From IMG/VR virus record IMGVR_UViG_3300049889_000020: a DNA stretch of 64,000 bases. One strand, given 5' to 3'. The notes below the pieces were generated by a model that searched no databases, was not told the DNA's origin, and saw only the letters and a list, made by a program, of their open reading frames with translations. Shown here piece after piece: positions 26,901-34,962 of this stretch. The position numbers and the translations under genes were made by a program. Position 1 is the first letter of the stretch. Each line of letters begins with the position of its first letter. The stretch comes from a virus.

Positions 26901-29900
26901 CGACAGTCCCGAGGACGCCGTCGCGCTGTCCATGGACACCTACGGCCGGGTGGACCTCCCCGCGATCGCCACCATGCTGGGCACCGATGAGGCCGGCGCA
27001 CGGGAACGCCTGGGCGATCTGGTCTTCGAGCAGCCGCCACTGTCAGCGGCCGACGCCGACGCCGCGTTCCGCGCCCACATCGAAGAGGCGTCCGGGATTG
27101 CCAGCGACGGCGGGCGTTTCGGTGGGATCTCAGCGGGCCTGAACCTCGACGACGCCCCGGACACCTCCGTGCTGGACTCCGTCGGGGAGGCGGTGCGCTC
27201 CGAAGGTTCCCTGGAGCCGGCCGCCGCGTATTTGTCCGGCAACGTGCGCCGCAAGCTCGCCGCCGCCCGCGAGGCCGCCAAGCGCGACGACCGCTTCGCC
27301 AAGAACGTCACCGCGCTGGAAGCGGTGATCCCCCCGGACCTGGGTGTCGACGAGGTCGACGGGCGTCTGGGCGCGGCGTGGATCCCCGCCGATGACGTTC
27401 GGGCGTTCATGGTGGAGCTGCTTTCCGACGGTGATGACCCGTACAACTCCATCAAGGTCTCCACGTCAGGTGGCGGCATCTGGACCGTGGAAGGCGGCCA
27501 GTGGGGCACTAAGGCCACTGAGGAGTGGGGCACTGACCGGCTTTCCGCCGGGGAGATCATCCAGTCCCTGCTGGAGCAGCGATCCATTCAGGTCCGCGAC
27601 ACCATCAAAGACGCCGACGGTAAGTCGAAGTCCTACCCGAACTTAGAAGCGACCACGGCCGCCCAGGCCAAGGCTGAGGAGTTGTCGGACCGGTTCTCCG
27701 AGTGGCTGTGGGAGGACTCCGATCGCACTCGGCGCCTGCTGGCCGCCTACAACAACCAGTTCAACGCGATCCGGTTGCGTTCCTACGACGACATGCCACG
27801 GGTGTTCCCCGGCATGGCCGACAGCTTCGACCCTTTCGATCACCAGGTGGGCGCGGTCAACCGCATGGTGTCCGAGCCGTGCGCGTTGCTCGCCCACGTT
27901 GTCGGCGCCGGCAAGACCGCCGAGATGGCGATGGGCACCGCTGAGCTGAAGCGCCTGGGTCTGGCGAACAAGCCCGCCATTGTCATCCCCAACCACATGC
28001 TGGAGCAGTTCTCCAGCGAATACATCCAAATCTACCCCAACGCTAAAATCTTGGCCGCCGGTACCGATGACCTGACCGGGGATAAGCGCCGGGAGTTCGT
28101 CGCCCGCGCGGCCACGGGTGAGTGGGATGCCATTATCCTCACTCAAAAGGCCATGGAAGCCATTCCGATGTCGCGCCCGGCGATGCAAGCCTACATCGAC
28201 CGGGAAATGGCGACGATGAAAGCGCAGCTCGCGTCTGCGCAGGCATCGGCGGCGGGTGACTCCGCTAAAGAGAAGACCGTTAAGAAAATGGAGAACTCGC
28301 TGATCAAGGCTGAGGAGGCCCTGAAGGCGAAGCTGGACAAGGTCAAAGACGCCGGGGTGAGCTGGGAGGAGACCGGCATCGACTACCTGTGTGTTGATGA
28401 GGCGCATATGTACTCCAACCTGCGCACCATCTCCAACATCCAGGGCGCGGGGGCGACCGGGTCGGACATGGCGTCGGACCTGCACATGAAAATGGAGCAC
28501 CTGCGGGCGAACAATAAGTCGGGCCGGGTGGGGACGTTCGCCACGGGCACCCCGATCCGCAACACGGTCACCCAGGCTTACATCATGCAGCGCTACCTCG
28601 ACCCTGAGACGTTGCGCCAGGCCGGTATTCACTCATTCGACCAGTGGGCGGCGACGTTCGGCAAGACTGTTGATGAAATGGAACTCAAGCCCGAGGGCAC
28701 CGGGTTCCGTCAGACCACTCGTTTCGCGAAGTTCCGCAACGTCCCTGAGTTGCTCAGATTGTTCCACCTGTTCGCCGATGTGAAGATGGCCGATGACCTG
28801 AACCTGAAGACCCCGAACCTGACCACGGGTGGGGTGCAGAACGTCATCGTGCCGGCGTCGCCGGAGCTGTCCGCCTATGTCCAGGAGCTGGGCCAGCGCG
28901 CCGAAGATGTCCGCAACGGCAAAGTCAAGCCCGAAGAAGACAACATGCTCAAGATCTCCGGTGATGGCCGCAAGGCCGCCCTGAGCATGGCGTTGGTGGG
29001 GCAGAAGCATCAGCCGGGCAAGATCGAACAAGCGGCCGACAACATCTACAAGATCTGGGATGAGAACAAAGACCGGCCCGTGCCGAAAGACATCAACGAC
29101 CCCGCTGGTGGCGACGACCCGCCGCCCGGTGGCATGCAGATCGTGTTCTGCGACATGGGCACCCCCGGCGGTGCCGGCATGAACGCGTATCAGAAGTTGC
29201 GTGACGAGCTGGCCGCCCGTGGCATGGACCCGAAGTCGATCCGGTTCATGCACGAAGCCAAAAACGATCGGGAAAAGGCGGAGCTGTTCGCCGCCGCCCG
29301 CAACGGTCAGGTCTCCGTGCTCGTGGGGTCGACGGAAAAAATGGGTGTCGGCACCAACGTGCAGCGCCGCGCCGTCGCGCTGCACCACCTCGACGCCCCG
29401 TGGCGCCCCAGCGATGTGGAGCAGCGCGACGGCCGGATCATGCGCCAGGGCAACACCAACGCGGAGGTAGCGATCTTCCGCTACGTCACTGAGGGCAGTT
29501 TTGATGCCTATATGTGGCAGACGCTGGAGCGCAAAAAGAAGTTCATCGACCAGATCATGCGCGGCAAGATGGGCGACGTCCGGGAGATCGAAGACGTCGG
29601 CGACACCGCCCTGTCCTACGCCGAAGTCAAGGCCCTAGCCACCGGGAACCCGCTGCTCATGGACAAGGCGAAAGTCGACGTCACGGTCGGCAAGCTCACC
29701 CGCCTGGAGCGCCAGCACGCCAGGACCCAAACCAACCTGCGCCGCGACGTGGTCTCCTACGGGGCCAACGCGGAACAAGCCGACGCTGACGCCGCCGCCT
29801 ACAACGCCGCGATCGCCAAGCGCACCGACATCAGCGGTGACAAGTACTCCATCAACGTCGCCGGCATTACCGCCCGGACCCGCGCCGACGGGGCGACCCT

Positions 29901-31188
29901 GCTGAAGTCGGCCATGCAGGACCAGATCCGGGAACGCCGCTACGGCTACGCCGGCTCGAAACCCAAACCGCTGGCCACCATCGGCGGTCACGTGCTGCTG
30001 GGCCAGCCCGAGATCCACTACGACAAGCTCGGCACGAAGCGCTTCGGGATGACGCTGTCCTGGGAGGGCCTGCCCGGCACCATCGTGCACATCAGCCCCG
30101 ACGACGTCGACAAGCTCGGCGCGGGCATCAACACCACCCTGACGAACTCCCTGAACAATCTGGAGTTCCGCCGCGACCTCCAGGTCGACCGGGCGACGTC
30201 GCTGCGCAGCGAAGCCGAGACGATGAAGGCCCGCATCGGGGTGCCGTTCGCCCACGCTGAGGCCCTGAAGGAAGCGACAGCGGAATCAGCCCGGTTGCAG
30301 GCCGCCATGGAGGCCGCCGGCATGAAGGGCGACACCGGCCCGCAACAGGATGAGGCCACTAAGGGCCTGGCCACGGCACGAACGAAGGCCACCGTGAAGG
30401 TCGGTCACATGGGCCGGGGCAGCGCCGGGCCGGAGAAGGACCGCCTGAAGCGGTTCTCCATCCCCGCCGCGTCCCCTGACGCCGCCGCGTCACCGGATGG
30501 CACCCTGGCTGCCCTGGGCAGCGGCGACAAGCTCCAGGTGTTCATGACGTCGGACGGGGAGCTGGTCCCCCGACCCGATGACGCGCGCGGGGCGATCGAC
30601 AACGTCCACGCCCTGCTCGATGACCTCGCGGCGCTGGACTTCCCGTGGGCCGAGGGGCACTGGGCGATCAACCGTCGCATTCAGCCCGGCTACAGCGGTG
30701 GCTACGAGGCCCCGGACTACTCCAAGCCTTATGAGGAGCGCGAGCGGATCCGCAAGGCGAAAGAGGCCGCGCGACAGGCCGAGGTTGATGCGGAGCGGGC
30801 GAAAATCGACGCGGTGTGGAAGCGTCACCTCGTGGGCGCTGCGGAGGAGAAGACGGCCGAGTCGCTGGTCGATGAGTGGACGATGCTGCGCGCCGCCCGG
30901 TTGGGTGTCGAGTTCAAGCTGCGCACCGAGCAGGGCCCCAAACCGTCGGACACGGGCGCGGATGGCCCCGACACTGACGGCGATGACGATGTGGAGTCCT
31001 ACGAGGACACCGTCATTGAGGGCTACCGCTACGTCATGGACGCCGCCGGCATCCTCGTGAAGGTCGCGCCCTGCCCGGAGTGCGGCAACGACATCATGAT
31101 CCCCGCCTACGGGATGGTCGGCACGGCACCGTGCCCGTCGTGCGGCACGGGCGCGTTGCAGGGCCGGGCGACCGCCACGGTGGGCTAG
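20254..31188 (+). CDS. giant polyvalent protein: HK97-type prohead protease + unknown domains + N6-adenine DNA methyltransferase + SNF2-family helicase + C-terminal zinc ribbon
   Basis: Uninterrupted 3,644-codon ORF. GTG 20254 with GGAGG 7 nt upstream. Domain motifs are listed in the sub-features. Caveat: codon bias leaves this frame between about 24805 and 25283. Confidence 0.75.
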   Translation: MTTTFPDDVETPEDMDALEWKALPTAEMTSPLTGVIGHDDADGTITALVAVSGVVDEVGDVIVPGSLATAIKRLKPKGVMSHNWSAKVSRLVWSKELMPGDPQLPRTTPQGEPWPANAGGLLIKAKYNLDKEIGRDAYADAKFYGPEECFSIGYKVRPGGYRMRSGKRYLHDYDLYEWSQVLHGAHKLAHLTGVKSLSETVADAWYDDPRSGVTDEGTTVLDGVEYKGIRVVRDAEFWGMPLGTPIKAGMRPRSGQTPTTAQIAATTAPGSADAKPEVPGKPGVPGAAGVPGAPGDPALAPLAPPGPGVPKALAALHQRYQELNEQVQQTPAFGDSSLAENSLAMLAQFAAPGADVHASTDGQLAAVHGPAGWTIVDTANAGSGLSNAAQIPPDAPPDQIDAALEHLTQIGIPWDDIEARKKRWANAKQKTADQQAVRDVLSQITPFSAPAPVGEDDAAGARDDAESAIATQDRDGLAEALTRMGLPPDQDPREMAASLLVLPSEVAAKRLDAVAAQAVIPQVGAAPDGGQQKPGVAGPAPTVPPGAAPHANPPAPVKPNPVGTAHADGTTTVTAGANTIPGGHDLPQTPPAAPEAPAAPADDRKYGTPVLVNTYGVKPGSYPTVKASEVRTGDHVMLSRHDGGKVTQAKPGRTGQTLITYDDGTGGGTQTRGVKNGSALPLVSAGTPAVDPSKPQAAPEHEYKPTGNHNAPEKLTDAQLAAESEAAHKRHMAARSNNLPKNSLEYSDSKLAATRFGDEARRRAAATVAESTPAPEVDAHPLVTPAAPDDAALLAQLSGHVTAPQLSAALATIARDQSDPALAHAATIARGSLDSPSAKTPEKLAAELIRVKNQMAQAPDSATLHATLDGLERIVKALKADNSKIQVGGKARAGSPQRQLLHENLAEYTRHVRGALHADENPDKPADQPPATAPEGTGGPEAKPDPLRPAPGQVNYTAIQKRSHPAYRDAALRQLDDAELASVKREAARRGGHGANMADSVHTEEIRRRITPDELRKRADKTGGGASDGEAKRMRDRADDYERRDAAGIGRHDFAALPLGEHPKTPESTGGEVPEGTPDGTVPVPPEVADSAHRIRGEALGLTDGPDGQEEVTQEVADRQERVAALLETGETGLADQTDPQLHETRKDLTDELALQDELHRRDTERKREAAVKKAEAGASSVSATDAPAGPEDTGPKVRPGVAGAAEDLGDALNATPRDDAAVAVAAERFAKMMRRHGESTAFDDIRTAIGDGDVHTAIASGKLKAGMLFTAAGALREQRRVKRNEGAKARRLAKRLDRDRIKSLIGSVDAELRRRKGATEDGKRGAANVAIGPVSSTAAPSKTAPAAEPAPHPQQARRDERDARLAADGNRVQRAQEHMREARTAADGGDFEGAFAHLDQAQELNPERQRLWDKARGIVTGQRDRSKSTATPAEPDQARRAEFDKAVAEDFPPDASVRLFQDWDRDHSRPDLASDVTAVRRARNGYVTVRESKGTTVDVFPRQLELVGSAQGAQSPQREGDDRGSSGETNRSVVPDVPAADVRGDQGQADVLRRSGGASPPADTADSRPAGRAGSGGGDLPGEAGAPERRAASGDREGDAGVPDEPAAPERPGQRAATAGDTGPVDGADAGPDRSGADSSAGGLPGGGRRAEASGEGEREGGDADTAGAPSAPELTEADQPSADIGQVDAIPDTGESFHPTGLDDFAPAGKKSKLEANLAALRTLRQLQDDRRSATPEEQAVLARWAGWGGLPEVFDDNKPEYAKQREELRGLLSDSEWAEARRNTLNAHYTDPRVVQSLWKAMGDLGFDGGRVLEPGSGSGTFIGFAPGNADMVGVELDSTTAAISRALYPHATIRNESYAATRLPAGSFDATIGNVPFGDFALTDRVHNPNRKMSIHNHFIAKALAQTKPGGLVTLLTSRYTLDSKDSAARKKLAELGDLVGAVRLPTGSHSRMSGTDVIEDALIFRRREPDAAPLTSQDWVNSHDQDINGHTVTINDYFTAHPEQVLGEVTAEAGQYGSGSLIVKGDKTMADLPAALDRIVESAKADGITASPRMEGLTAFTTPDDDRHEGHIAAHEDGTFTQAEQGTAVPLDVPAKHADAVRGLIGLRDTLRSLLAAEAASVSDSPDIKALRKQLNDRYDAFVKKYGPVNHYTLTKSGARKPDPARNLFRKDPMSAIVRALGAYDAETGTEAKTSIFRKRASTPREIPTHADSPEDAVALSMDTYGRVDLPAIATMLGTDEAGARERLGDLVFEQPPLSAADADAAFRAHIEEASGIASDGGRFGGISAGLNLDDAPDTSVLDSVGEAVRSEGSLEPAAAYLSGNVRRKLAAAREAAKRDDRFAKNVTALEAVIPPDLGVDEVDGRLGAAWIPADDVRAFMVELLSDGDDPYNSIKVSTSGGGIWTVEGGQWGTKATEEWGTDRLSAGEIIQSLLEQRSIQVRDTIKDADGKSKSYPNLEATTAAQAKAEELSDRFSEWLWEDSDRTRRLLAAYNNQFNAIRLRSYDDMPRVFPGMADSFDPFDHQVGAVNRMVSEPCALLAHVVGAGKTAEMAMGTAELKRLGLANKPAIVIPNHMLEQFSSEYIQIYPNAKILAAGTDDLTGDKRREFVARAATGEWDAIILTQKAMEAIPMSRPAMQAYIDREMATMKAQLASAQASAAGDSAKEKTVKKMENSLIKAEEALKAKLDKVKDAGVSWEETGIDYLCVDEAHMYSNLRTISNIQGAGATGSDMASDLHMKMEHLRANNKSGRVGTFATGTPIRNTVTQAYIMQRYLDPETLRQAGIHSFDQWAATFGKTVDEMELKPEGTGFRQTTRFAKFRNVPELLRLFHLFADVKMADDLNLKTPNLTTGGVQNVIVPASPELSAYVQELGQRAEDVRNGKVKPEEDNMLKISGDGRKAALSMALVGQKHQPGKIEQAADNIYKIWDENKDRPVPKDINDPAGGDDPPPGGMQIVFCDMGTPGGAGMNAYQKLRDELAARGMDPKSIRFMHEAKNDREKAELFAAARNGQVSVLVGSTEKMGVGTNVQRRAVALHHLDAPWRPSDVEQRDGRIMRQGNTNAEVAIFRYVTEGSFDAYMWQTLERKKKFIDQIMRGKMGDVREIEDVGDTALSYAEVKALATGNPLLMDKAKVDVTVGKLTRLERQHARTQTNLRRDVVSYGANAEQADADAAAYNAAIAKRTDISGDKYSINVAGITARTRADGATLLKSAMQDQIRERRYGYAGSKPKPLATIGGHVLLGQPEIHYDKLGTKRFGMTLSWEGLPGTIVHISPDDVDKLGAGINTTLTNSLNNLEFRRDLQVDRATSLRSEAETMKARIGVPFAHAEALKEATAESARLQAAMEAAGMKGDTGPQQDEATKGLATARTKATVKVGHMGRGSAGPEKDRLKRFSIPAASPDAAASPDGTLAALGSGDKLQVFMTSDGELVPRPDDARGAIDNVHALLDDLAALDFPWAEGHWAINRRIQPGYSGGYEAPDYSKPYEERERIRKAKEAARQAEVDAERAKIDAVWKRHLVGAAEEKTAESLVDEWTMLRAARLGVEFKLRTEQGPKPSDTGADGPDTDGDDDVESYEDTVIEGYRYVMDAAGILVKVAPCPECGNDIMIPAYGMVGTAPCPSCGTGALQGRATATVG
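20869..20913 (+). promoter_or_regulatory. internal promoter/leader-like element with in-frame GTG 20911
   Basis: TATGAT (20869-20874), 5 nt, TCGTTCCGGTGTCACCGA, then GAGGGGA and GTG 20911. 36 of 47 nt are identical to 9438-9484 upstream of the sigma operon start, with identical spacing. Confidence 0.45.
24818..25282 (+). CDS. embedded 154-codon gene in an alternate frame of the giant ORF (helical protein, TnpV-like by recollection)
   Basis: This frame has near-uniform G/C third positions. GAGAGGG lies before ATG 24818 and TAA at 25280. Protein begins MIVGVLARQTEAWYRTYQPQTYAGIKDKQTFFADLEEQARQQIQ...GRLNAAQQAATEKVMREFLM. Confidence 0.55.
   Translation: MIVGVLARQTEAWYRTYQPQTYAGIKDKQTFFADLEEQARQQIQQTADQLAGPDPEGETYQEKLGRLNAAQQAATEKVMREFLMSPPPPNAPDNALPLPATPDPSMVPTQDPIDQALTQALADFQEAADELRRQERESAKAAMPTLPARPAHLS
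25330..26170 (+). other. N6-adenine DNA methyltransferase domain of the giant ORF
   Basis: Motif I VLEPGSGSGTF (25702-25728). Motif IV GNVPFG (NVPF at 25885-25896). Confidence 0.75.
27835..29460 (+). other. SNF2/DEAH helicase domain of the giant ORF
   Basis: Walker A GAGKT (27904-27918), DEAH (28396-28407), motif III TGTPIRN, motif VI QRDGRIMRQGN. Confidence 0.8.
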
Positions 31189-31197
31189 GGAATAAGA

Positions 31198-31252
31198 GAC
31201 GGCCCCGTCGGGGGGGGATCGGGGCCGTCGGGCTGGGGCTACTTACCCCAGC
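31198..31252 (+). terminator. two tandem hairpins after the giant ORF
   Basis: GACGGCCCCG/CGGGGCCGTC (31198-31229) and GCTGGGG/CCCCAGC (31232-31252). Confidence 0.55.
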
Positions 31253-31435
31253 GGGGAGACCTTCACTGTAGCTGACATGGCGGCGTGTCGCTGCCGCCAT
31301 TTGCGTCACCAGTGATCTACTGCGCGCAACGCGCCTGGTACTGACCGGTGCGAGTCCCCGAGCACGATGGGGGTTCGCTTCGGCCTACCCGCTTCCCGTG
31401 CTCGAACACACACCGAGCGCAAGGGAGACGCGGCA

Positions 31436-32791
31436 GTGACCGCACCTACTCTCGACCGCCACGACAAAGACCTCATTGATCGTGGCAAGGTCGAAGTGAA
31501 GTCCATCAACGCACAAATGGACGAGATCACCAAGTCAGGTTGGCTCGACGGCGAAGGCAACATGCACGTCAAGCCCGAAGCCCTCACCGAGTTCAAGGCC
31601 CTGCTGGCCAAGGCTGAGGAGACTCACGGCATCGTCACCGCCCTGGAGCGCAAGGGCCTCCTGGATGAGTGGCTGGACGCCCCTGCCGGCACCCCGGTGG
31701 CGATGGGTGGAGCCCCGGCCGGTATCGGCATGACGGCGATGCCCGAGTACAAGTCATTGGGGCAGCGCTTCGTCGAGTCGGATGCTTTCAAGAGCCACCG
31801 TGACTCCGGTTTCATGGACAAGGCGTTCGCTATCGAGGGCGAGGAGATCACCTCCCCCAACGGCGGCGTGCAGTACAAGGATGTCCACTCCGGCAGCATC
31901 GGCACCGTTGTGCACCCCGGTTTCGGCACGGTGCAGCGGGCCCCGATGGTGAGCGCACCGATGCTCACCTGGCGGGTGCGTGACCTGTTCCCGCAGATGA
32001 ACACCAACTCGGTGATGATTGAGTTCATCGAGGAGCTTGGGTTCGTCGATGCGGGCGACAACGCTGCGGCGATGATTCCCGAGCGCGACGGTCTGAGTCC
32101 GGAGAACTTCGGTCTGAAGCCGAAGTCCCAGATCCACTTCAACATCAAGACCACGCCGATCCGGACTCTCGCCCACTGGGTGCCCGCGTCGCGCAACGTG
32201 CTTGATGACGAGCCGCAGTTGCGGGGAATCATCGACACCCGGCTGCTTTACGGCCTGCGGTTGGTCGAAGACCAGCAGCTGCTTCTGGGTGACGGCACGG
32301 GACAGAACCTGCTGGGCATCTTCAACACCCCAGGTATCCAGTTGTTCCCCTCTGGCGGCTATCACGCACCGACTAACGAGACCTACGTCGATGCCATTCG
32401 CCGGGGCGCCACTCGCGTCATGTTGGCACAGTATGACCCGACCGGCGTGGTTGTGCACCCTTACGACTGGGAGCGCATGGAATTGACTAAGGACACCCAG
32501 GGCCGCTATTTGGTCGCGGGGTCGGTCACTTCCGGTGCGGAGAAGCGGCTGTGGCAGATGCCCGTTGTCGCTACTCCGGCGTGCCCTGAGGGCACCGCGC
32601 TGATCGGCGCTTTCGGGTTGGGCGCGCAGGTTTTCGACCGCATGCAGTCCAACATCCGCACCGCTGACCAGCATGCGGACTTCTTTATTCGTAACGCCAT
32701 CGTGGTCCTGGCCGAAGAGCGGCTGGGGTTGGCCGTCTACCGTCCCGCTGCCATGGTCAAGGTCAACCTGGCCGCCGCGATCGCAGCCTGA
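31436..32791 (+). CDS. major capsid protein, HK97 fold with N-terminal delta-like coiled domain
   Basis: GTG 31436 with GGGAGA 7 nt upstream (the track starts at ATG 31367). The stretch VRDLFPQMNTNSVMIEFIEE...PERDGLSPENFGLKPKS...LRLVEDQQLLLGDGTGQNLLGIFNTPGIQ is typical of HK97-family capsids. Confidence 0.85.
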   Translation: MTAPTLDRHDKDLIDRGKVEVKSINAQMDEITKSGWLDGEGNMHVKPEALTEFKALLAKAEETHGIVTALERKGLLDEWLDAPAGTPVAMGGAPAGIGMTAMPEYKSLGQRFVESDAFKSHRDSGFMDKAFAIEGEEITSPNGGVQYKDVHSGSIGTVVHPGFGTVQRAPMVSAPMLTWRVRDLFPQMNTNSVMIEFIEELGFVDAGDNAAAMIPERDGLSPENFGLKPKSQIHFNIKTTPIRTLAHWVPASRNVLDDEPQLRGIIDTRLLYGLRLVEDQQLLLGDGTGQNLLGIFNTPGIQLFPSGGYHAPTNETYVDAIRRGATRVMLAQYDPTGVVVHPYDWERMELTKDTQGRYLVAGSVTSGAEKRLWQMPVVATPACPEGTALIGAFGLGAQVFDRMQSNIRTADQHADFFIRNAIVVLAEERLGLAVYRPAAMVKVNLAAAIAA

Positions 32792-32823
32792 TCGGCGACT
32801 AGCACAAGAATAGGAGTAATCGA

Positions 32824-33300
32824 ATGGCTATTCTGGCCGCCGATGGCACCACTGTGCTGAGTCTCACGGCGTTGCAGGCCAAGACCACCGATGTTCCCGC
32901 GACCGATTGCATCGTCAACGAGGACATTTTCGAGACGTTCAACTACGCCCCGTATAAGGACAATTTCAAGAACTTTGACGGGGAGCGCCGGATCAAGTTC
33001 AAGGCCGGCGAGCAGGTGCGCAAGGCCGACATCGTCGCGCTGTTCCCGGCCGCGTCGGTTCTGTCGATCAGCCCGGCCACGGGTGCCGCCGCTGGTGGCA
33101 CTCCAGTCACGATCAAGGGTGTCAACTTCGACGGTGCGTCGGGTGCCGCCCTGGGTGGCGTGGCGTTGACCAGCTTCACGGTGGTCAACAACACCACCAT
33201 CACGGGTGTCTCCGGTGCGCACTCCGCTGCCACTGTGGCCACCACGGTGACCGACGACAGCGGGACTTTGACGCTGGCCGCCAGTTACGTCTACGTGTGA
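32824..33300 (+). CDS. IPT/TIG-domain protein (head decoration-like)
   Basis: ISPATGAAAGGTPVTIKGVNFDGASGAALGGVALTSFTVVNNTTITGVSG; AGGAG upstream. Confidence 0.6.
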   Translation: MAILAADGTTVLSLTALQAKTTDVPATDCIVNEDIFETFNYAPYKDNFKNFDGERRIKFKAGEQVRKADIVALFPAASVLSISPATGAAAGGTPVTIKGVNFDGASGAALGGVALTSFTVVNNTTITGVSGAHSAATVATTVTDDSGTLTLAASYVYV

Positions 33301-33304
33301 TGAA

Positions 33305-33346
33305 GCGAAACGGGGCCGACGCCCACTCGGGTCGGCCCCGTTTCGC
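33305..33346 (+). terminator. strong hairpin terminator after the capsid/decoration genes
   Basis: 16-bp stem GCGAAACGGGGCCGAC/GTCGGCCCCGTTTCGC with a 10-nt loop. Confidence 0.7.
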
Positions 33347-33401
33347 ACGTTTGCGCAGCGTGTGGGCATCGCCGCGTACGTGGCGACGGTTTCACGGGGC
33401 G

Positions 33402-33587
33402 ATGACGGTGGTGTGGCTCTTGCTCGGCATCCCGTCGGTGTTGTGGTGGCGGGAGTCGATCGCCTGGCTGGTTTTCATGAGCGTGTGGGCGAACGTGGCG
33501 GGTCACTTCTCTGGCTGGCAGGGCTCGCGCGCGGAGGACAACGCGGGGTCAGCCGACGCTGGCCGGGAGGGCTCCGTAGGCGAGTAG
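33402..33587 (+). CDS. small membrane protein (alternative start GTG 33360)
   Basis: MTVVWLLLGIPSVLWWRESIAWLVFMSVWANVAGHFSGWQGSRAE. The track ORF start at 33297 lies inside the terminator. Confidence 0.4.
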   Translation: MTVVWLLLGIPSVLWWRESIAWLVFMSVWANVAGHFSGWQGSRAEDNAGSADAGREGSVGE

Positions 33588-33758
33588 CGCCCGGATGAGT
33601 CCGGCGAGCGCGGCGGGCTCGACGTAGACCTGCTCCCCGTCGGCGGCGAGGGAGTCGAGGTCGGTGAGGATCTGCTGCCAGGTCTTGCCGTAGGTGCCGT
33701 CGAGGGTCAAGACCAGCCCGCCGGCCGATTCGACCACATTACGTGAGCGACTGATCAT
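33549..33758 (-). CDS. hypothetical protein
   Basis: 69 aa with strong codon bias. Confidence 0.5.
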   Translation of the reverse strand: MISRSRNVVESAGGLVLTLDGTYGKTWQQILTDLDSLAADGEQVYVEPAALAGLIRALLAYGALPASVG

Positions 33759-33764
33759 GGCGGG

Positions 33765-33956
33765 TCAGCCGATCGGGAATCGGAGTAGCGACCAGAGAAA
33801 AAAGATCAGGAAGATCATCGTGACGAGCGCGGGGACGGCCGTCGCCACCAACGGGGCCACTGTGTAAACGACCAGCGTGATCCCCAGGCAGGCAACTGTG
33901 ATGCCGCCCAGGATCTTCGCGGTCTCGACCTCGAAGGGCTCGCGGGGTCCGCTCAC
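33765..33956 (-). CDS. small membrane protein
   Basis: GTG 33956 overlaps the upstream stop (GTGA). Two hydrophobic helices. Confidence 0.45.
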   Translation of the reverse strand: MSGPREPFEVETAKILGGITVACLGITLVVYTVAPLVATAVPALVTMIFLIFFLWSLLRFPIG

Positions 33957-34255
33957 GGCTGGTCCTCCGTCCAGTGCTCCATGCAGTGCCGGCACGGCGC
34001 CATCACGAAACCGCAACCGCAACCGCCGCAGTCGAAGTCGACCATGCACTCGCGGGTGTAGGGCTGCACTGAAGCGCGGGACCGATCGGGTCCGTGCGCC
34101 GCGTAGGCACCGTCGTAGCGTTCCGGGTCTCGCTGCGGGGCGTGCTCGCTCGGCGGTGCGGCCACCGCATCGGAGACCAGTGGCGCCTCATCTTCGACCG
34201 TGAGCAGCCATTCCCGGTCAACGGCGTTCCACACGCAGCCCTCGCCGGGCCTCAT
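33953..34255 (-). CDS. Cys-rich protein
   Basis: ATG 34255 overlaps the upstream stop. Contains CMVDFDCGGCGCGFVMAPCRHC. Confidence 0.5.
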   Translation of the reverse strand: MRPGEGCVWNAVDREWLLTVEDEAPLVSDAVAAPPSEHAPQRDPERYDGAYAAHGPDRSRASVQPYTRECMVDFDCGGCGCGFVMAPCRHCMEHWTEDQP

Positions 34256-34962
34256 CGGATCGCCGCCTGACGGGTGCGACTCACGCGGCGGTCGGTGCCG
34301 ATGTCGGCGTTGCGCCCGGCGATGGCGCCAGCCCCGCCGCCGCTGCCGGTGAGGTTGCGCTTGAACGGCTTGCCCAGCTTGGGGAATAGGTCATCGAAGG
34401 TGTCGGCGACCAGCGCGGCGCGGTCACGGAGCACGAGCGCGGTGGACGGCCCGTCGCTGACGTGTTCGGTCACGGCCTTGGCGTGCGCGGCTTTCAGGCG
34501 CTTCTCGATGACGTAGGCGAAGCCCAGCCACCAGGTGCGCCGGTAGGCGGCAATGGACTCCATGGCGTCCCAGGGGCGCTGGCGGACCACCTGGGTGGTG
34601 CCTTGTAGGAGCAGGCTCGTGTAGAGCATTTCGACGAGTTCGAGGTCGGCGGGCATGCCTACGACGGTGGCGTAGTCGCTGGTGCGGGTGGTGCCGAAGA
34701 TGGCGACCTTGCAGCCCAGTGGTTCGGTGACGCACCCCAGCAGGGTGGCCTTCTCCAGGCTGTAGGGATTGTCGAAGTTGATGCGGATAGAGGTGGCGCT
34801 GGGGCGCCGGCCGCTGACGGCGTCGATGTGGGCCTGTTCTACGCCGTGGGTGGTCATCATTTCGAGTGCCTTGGCGGTGCAGCTGTCGGCTTCGGCGGGG
34901 AACTCGGTTGATTCGGCCTTGGCGAGCAGGCCACGGATGCGGGCGAGGACTTTGGGGTCCAT
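34252..34962 (-). CDS. DUF2786-like protein
   Basis: ATG 34962 with GAGGGAGA upstream. The N-terminus KVLARIRGLLAKAESTEFPAEADSCTAKALEMM matches my recollection of DUF2786. Confidence 0.5.
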   Translation of the reverse strand: MDPKVLARIRGLLAKAESTEFPAEADSCTAKALEMMTTHGVEQAHIDAVSGRRPSATSIRINFDNPYSLEKATLLGCVTEPLGCKVAIFGTTRTSDYATVVGMPADLELVEMLYTSLLLQGTTQVVRQRPWDAMESIAAYRRTWWLGFAYVIEKRLKAAHAKAVTEHVSDGPSTALVLRDRAALVADTFDDLFPKLGKPFKRNLTGSGGGAGAIAGRNADIGTDRRVSRTRQAAIR

